From Trichoplax sp. H2 (lineage: Eukaryota): a stretch of 64,000 nt of DNA. The notes under the pieces are model-generated. The model had not been told where the DNA came from. It worked only from the letters and a program-made list of their open reading frames with translations, and did no database searches. The stretch lies in assembly GCA_003344405.1 (NCBI GenBank), contig NOWV01000021.1:558001-622000 (forward strand), in the 5' to 3' direction. This document shows, in pieces, positions 61,501-64,000 of this stretch. The position numbers were made by a program, and so were the translations under genes. The stretch's first letter is position 1. Each line of letters begins with the position of its first letter.

Positions 61501-64000
61501 TACAGAACTAACTTGATGCTATGCCAACATAGGTATTTATGTCTTAATACAGTTTTTCTAGATGGTCTTACGGTCTAAATTTAATCCGACTATGTAATGT
61601 TATCCATAGAAAGCTCTTACATCGTTCCATTGAAACATTATTAATGATATGCAATGCCAACGAAGAAAATAAGTTAATATTATGCGAAATGGTAATTATT
61701 ATTTTAAGTGTTAACGAAATTTCATAATTATAATCTTATTTCTCATATTTGAAAACTCAATATTCTCCAAGGGATTAATCAAGGTAGTGCTTAATAAATA
61801 TTATTGCATTCTGTCCATGGGGGAACCGTTTGAAGGTTAGTTGCTTATAATATTAATAGTTAAATATACCTTTTACAATAAATTTCGCTAACAATTGGAA
61901 TTTGTGGTTTTATATTTATTAACTTTGAAAACATTTGCCTTATTGCAAGACGTGCAACAATCATTATATAAATTGCTTTCAATGTTGGCAAGTTACTCTA
62001 TTTCTACTACTGAACTGAGAACAATGTTTTATTTAATGCAAAACAGTAAATATTCTGAGGTAAAAATTTTCGGTATATTTTATTTGCTAAGTGATTATTT
62101 CAATGTACAATAACACTTTTCTTGTTGATATTCTTTCAGAAACATGTTGTTGAAGCGCTTCACCTAGCGGTTTCCTCATTCCAAAGTAGACCGTTACATT
62201 TTCTATCTTTTCCATTTATTAACAAAGATACTGTCTTGCACGTTGAAGAACGAGATAAAGATGTTGAGTAAGTTGCAGAAATTCTTGTTCAGTTGTGAAA
62301 GATAAATATTTGATTTAGTTAATAATTATAGAAATAGATAATCTTCTTCTTCAAAACTTTAAGATGTTTATTACCTTGGAATTTGGCTCCAGTGCAAATG
62401 CCGCTAGAAGGCCAATTTGTCTGGCCTAACACCAGCGGAGGATTTACTATAACGCTGTGGATAAAAACTAATTATCGCCAAGTTGAATTATTTACGGGGA
62501 ATTCTTATAAACCGAAAGGCATGTCGTTTGAAAATTTTAATTTCAAAAATTTCCATATTCTTTCGATTGGATCACCAAAGGCATTATTTGAGGTTTGGAC
62601 ATGGAATAAATCCTTGACTTTGAGGTAATAGTGGCGATATTGTTCTGTACCAGATCCTACTCTAGTACTTTTACTGGATACTAAAGATTCATCACTATAA
62701 ATGCAACAATTTTTTGACATTTTTAGATGGACTATTAGTGATACAACATATGAAGTTCGAAAAACTGTGGAAGAATATCATCTTGATAATGTGCTACGCG
62801 TTGGTGAATGGCAGCAATTTACGATTGCTTATTCAATCAATGAAGAAATATTCAATCAAGGATGGGTTTGTAATAATTTCTATACATAGATGTCAAGACA
62901 ATATTGCAACTACAATGATATTGCTTATAATCAATAGATTAGATGCTGGGAAAATGGCGTTTTTTTGAAGAAAGTCCCTTTTATGATTCCTGAAATAAAG
63001 AAATCCACACTTTGTAATTTATTAACTATATATATTGGCCATACAACTTTTAAAGAGATTTATTGTCGCCTTTTTGTTCCCGCTTTCAATCTTGGAAATG
63101 TACTCCTATTTTACGGTTTGTATAGATATGCACTCATACAGTATATAGGTGAAAATTTTTTGAGTTCTAATCTAATCTGATATTAAAAAATCTTTGACTT
63201 TAAAACAGATAAAGCCCTAAGCCATGAGGAAGTCCTGCATCTCTATGCTATGGGACCAGATAGTATGCATATCTTTAATGAAAATATCTCACAAAAAATT
63301 TCCGACACGGCTTCTTTTGAAAAGTTTCGGCGTAAGCAAACTTCGTCATCTAAAAAGTACTACAATATGGACAAATCCGATGATAAAAATTTGCCGTCCG
63401 ATAATTGGGCATCTATTTGGTATTCTAAAGCATTGAATTCTAAGACTCTTAAAAATTCAGAAGTTCAGTTATCCGATTATTTTCTTGGTTCCAAGTATGT
63501 CTCATCAACGTCTCTACAGGTAAAGTATATATTAGGTACATAATATTCACTGACTACTGTATTGGATCTAAATTACGTTTCTAAATATATACTCTTGTAT
63601 TTACTTCATAGGAATGCCTTTTAGCAGCTTTTTATCCTCGCAATTTGCATTATTTTAGCCAATATTTGTTGCCCAAAGTCGATAGTGGTAGTGCTAGGTC
63701 TCCTGTAATATTAGAGAAGAGAGATCAAATTCAAAAGCCCATTTCCTTAACAATAGCTGGGCGTGAGTCATGGCTGCCAACTTTTTACGCGGCTATTTAC
63801 CCATTAGGAGGTCTCTCAACATTATTGTACATGTTTGCTGATGTAAGTGCCAAGCTATGCTAAATTTTCAATGATGATCTAAAAATAAACTTCTTTTGCT
63901 CAATAATTGCTATTGCAAACGTAATTTACTTAGGCTGTCGAGAGGGATCTTAAAGATGATATTCTTGCATCAGTCTTATCATTGCTCTTGGGTGCATGCA
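55553..64000 (+). CDS. LYST: Lysosomal trafficking regulator (BEACH family), 5' part only, continues beyond the window
   Basis: Exon 57571-57733 (NLLVKEFIIEVN..FMKFLLEGRAASLL) resembles the human LYST N-terminus (SLAREFLTDVN..GQYLVHGRGFLLL). DDDYEADVE resembles EEGYEADSE, and FVWPNTSGGFTITLW..HILSIGSPKALFEVW fits the ConA-like region. BEACH/WD40 domains are not in the window. Exons 55553-55624 and 56373-56449 are inferred from phase compatibility. Confidence 0.85.

Overview
This is AT-rich eukaryotic DNA with compact genes and many short spliceosomal introns, and the gene set is animal. Compactness and intron style suggest an early-branching metazoan, most likely a placozoan such as Trichoplax (inference, not proven). 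I can reconstruct 13 genes, in order: EAPP(-), SYMPK(+), an intronless ~764-aa orphan type-I membrane protein(-), DPY30(-, absent from the ORF track), SNX5/6(+), CCDC175-like(+), intronless UBE2E-like(-), LRRC73(+), cytoplasmic WARS(-), RSPH9(+), an uncharacterised 138-aa gene(+), intronless STN1-like(-) and the 5' part of LYST(+, runs off the window). Non-coding elements are a MITE-like element, four tandem-repeat arrays and a 20-N gap. Main points of interest: (1) the orphan membrane protein has an ectodomain resembling bacterial RTX/hemolysin-type repeat regions plus a juxtamembrane furin site, so it is a candidate domesticated horizontally acquired gene; (2) RFX X-boxes lie upstream of four nearby genes, predicting ciliary roles for three poorly known ones; (3) the E2 enzyme has Lys in place of the gateway Asp; (4) DPY30 intron 1 holds tandem dead copies of exon 2; (5) there are four GC-AG introns; (6) gene linkage appears conserved with human. 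All homology calls are by-eye comparisons with remembered sequences; no database search was run.
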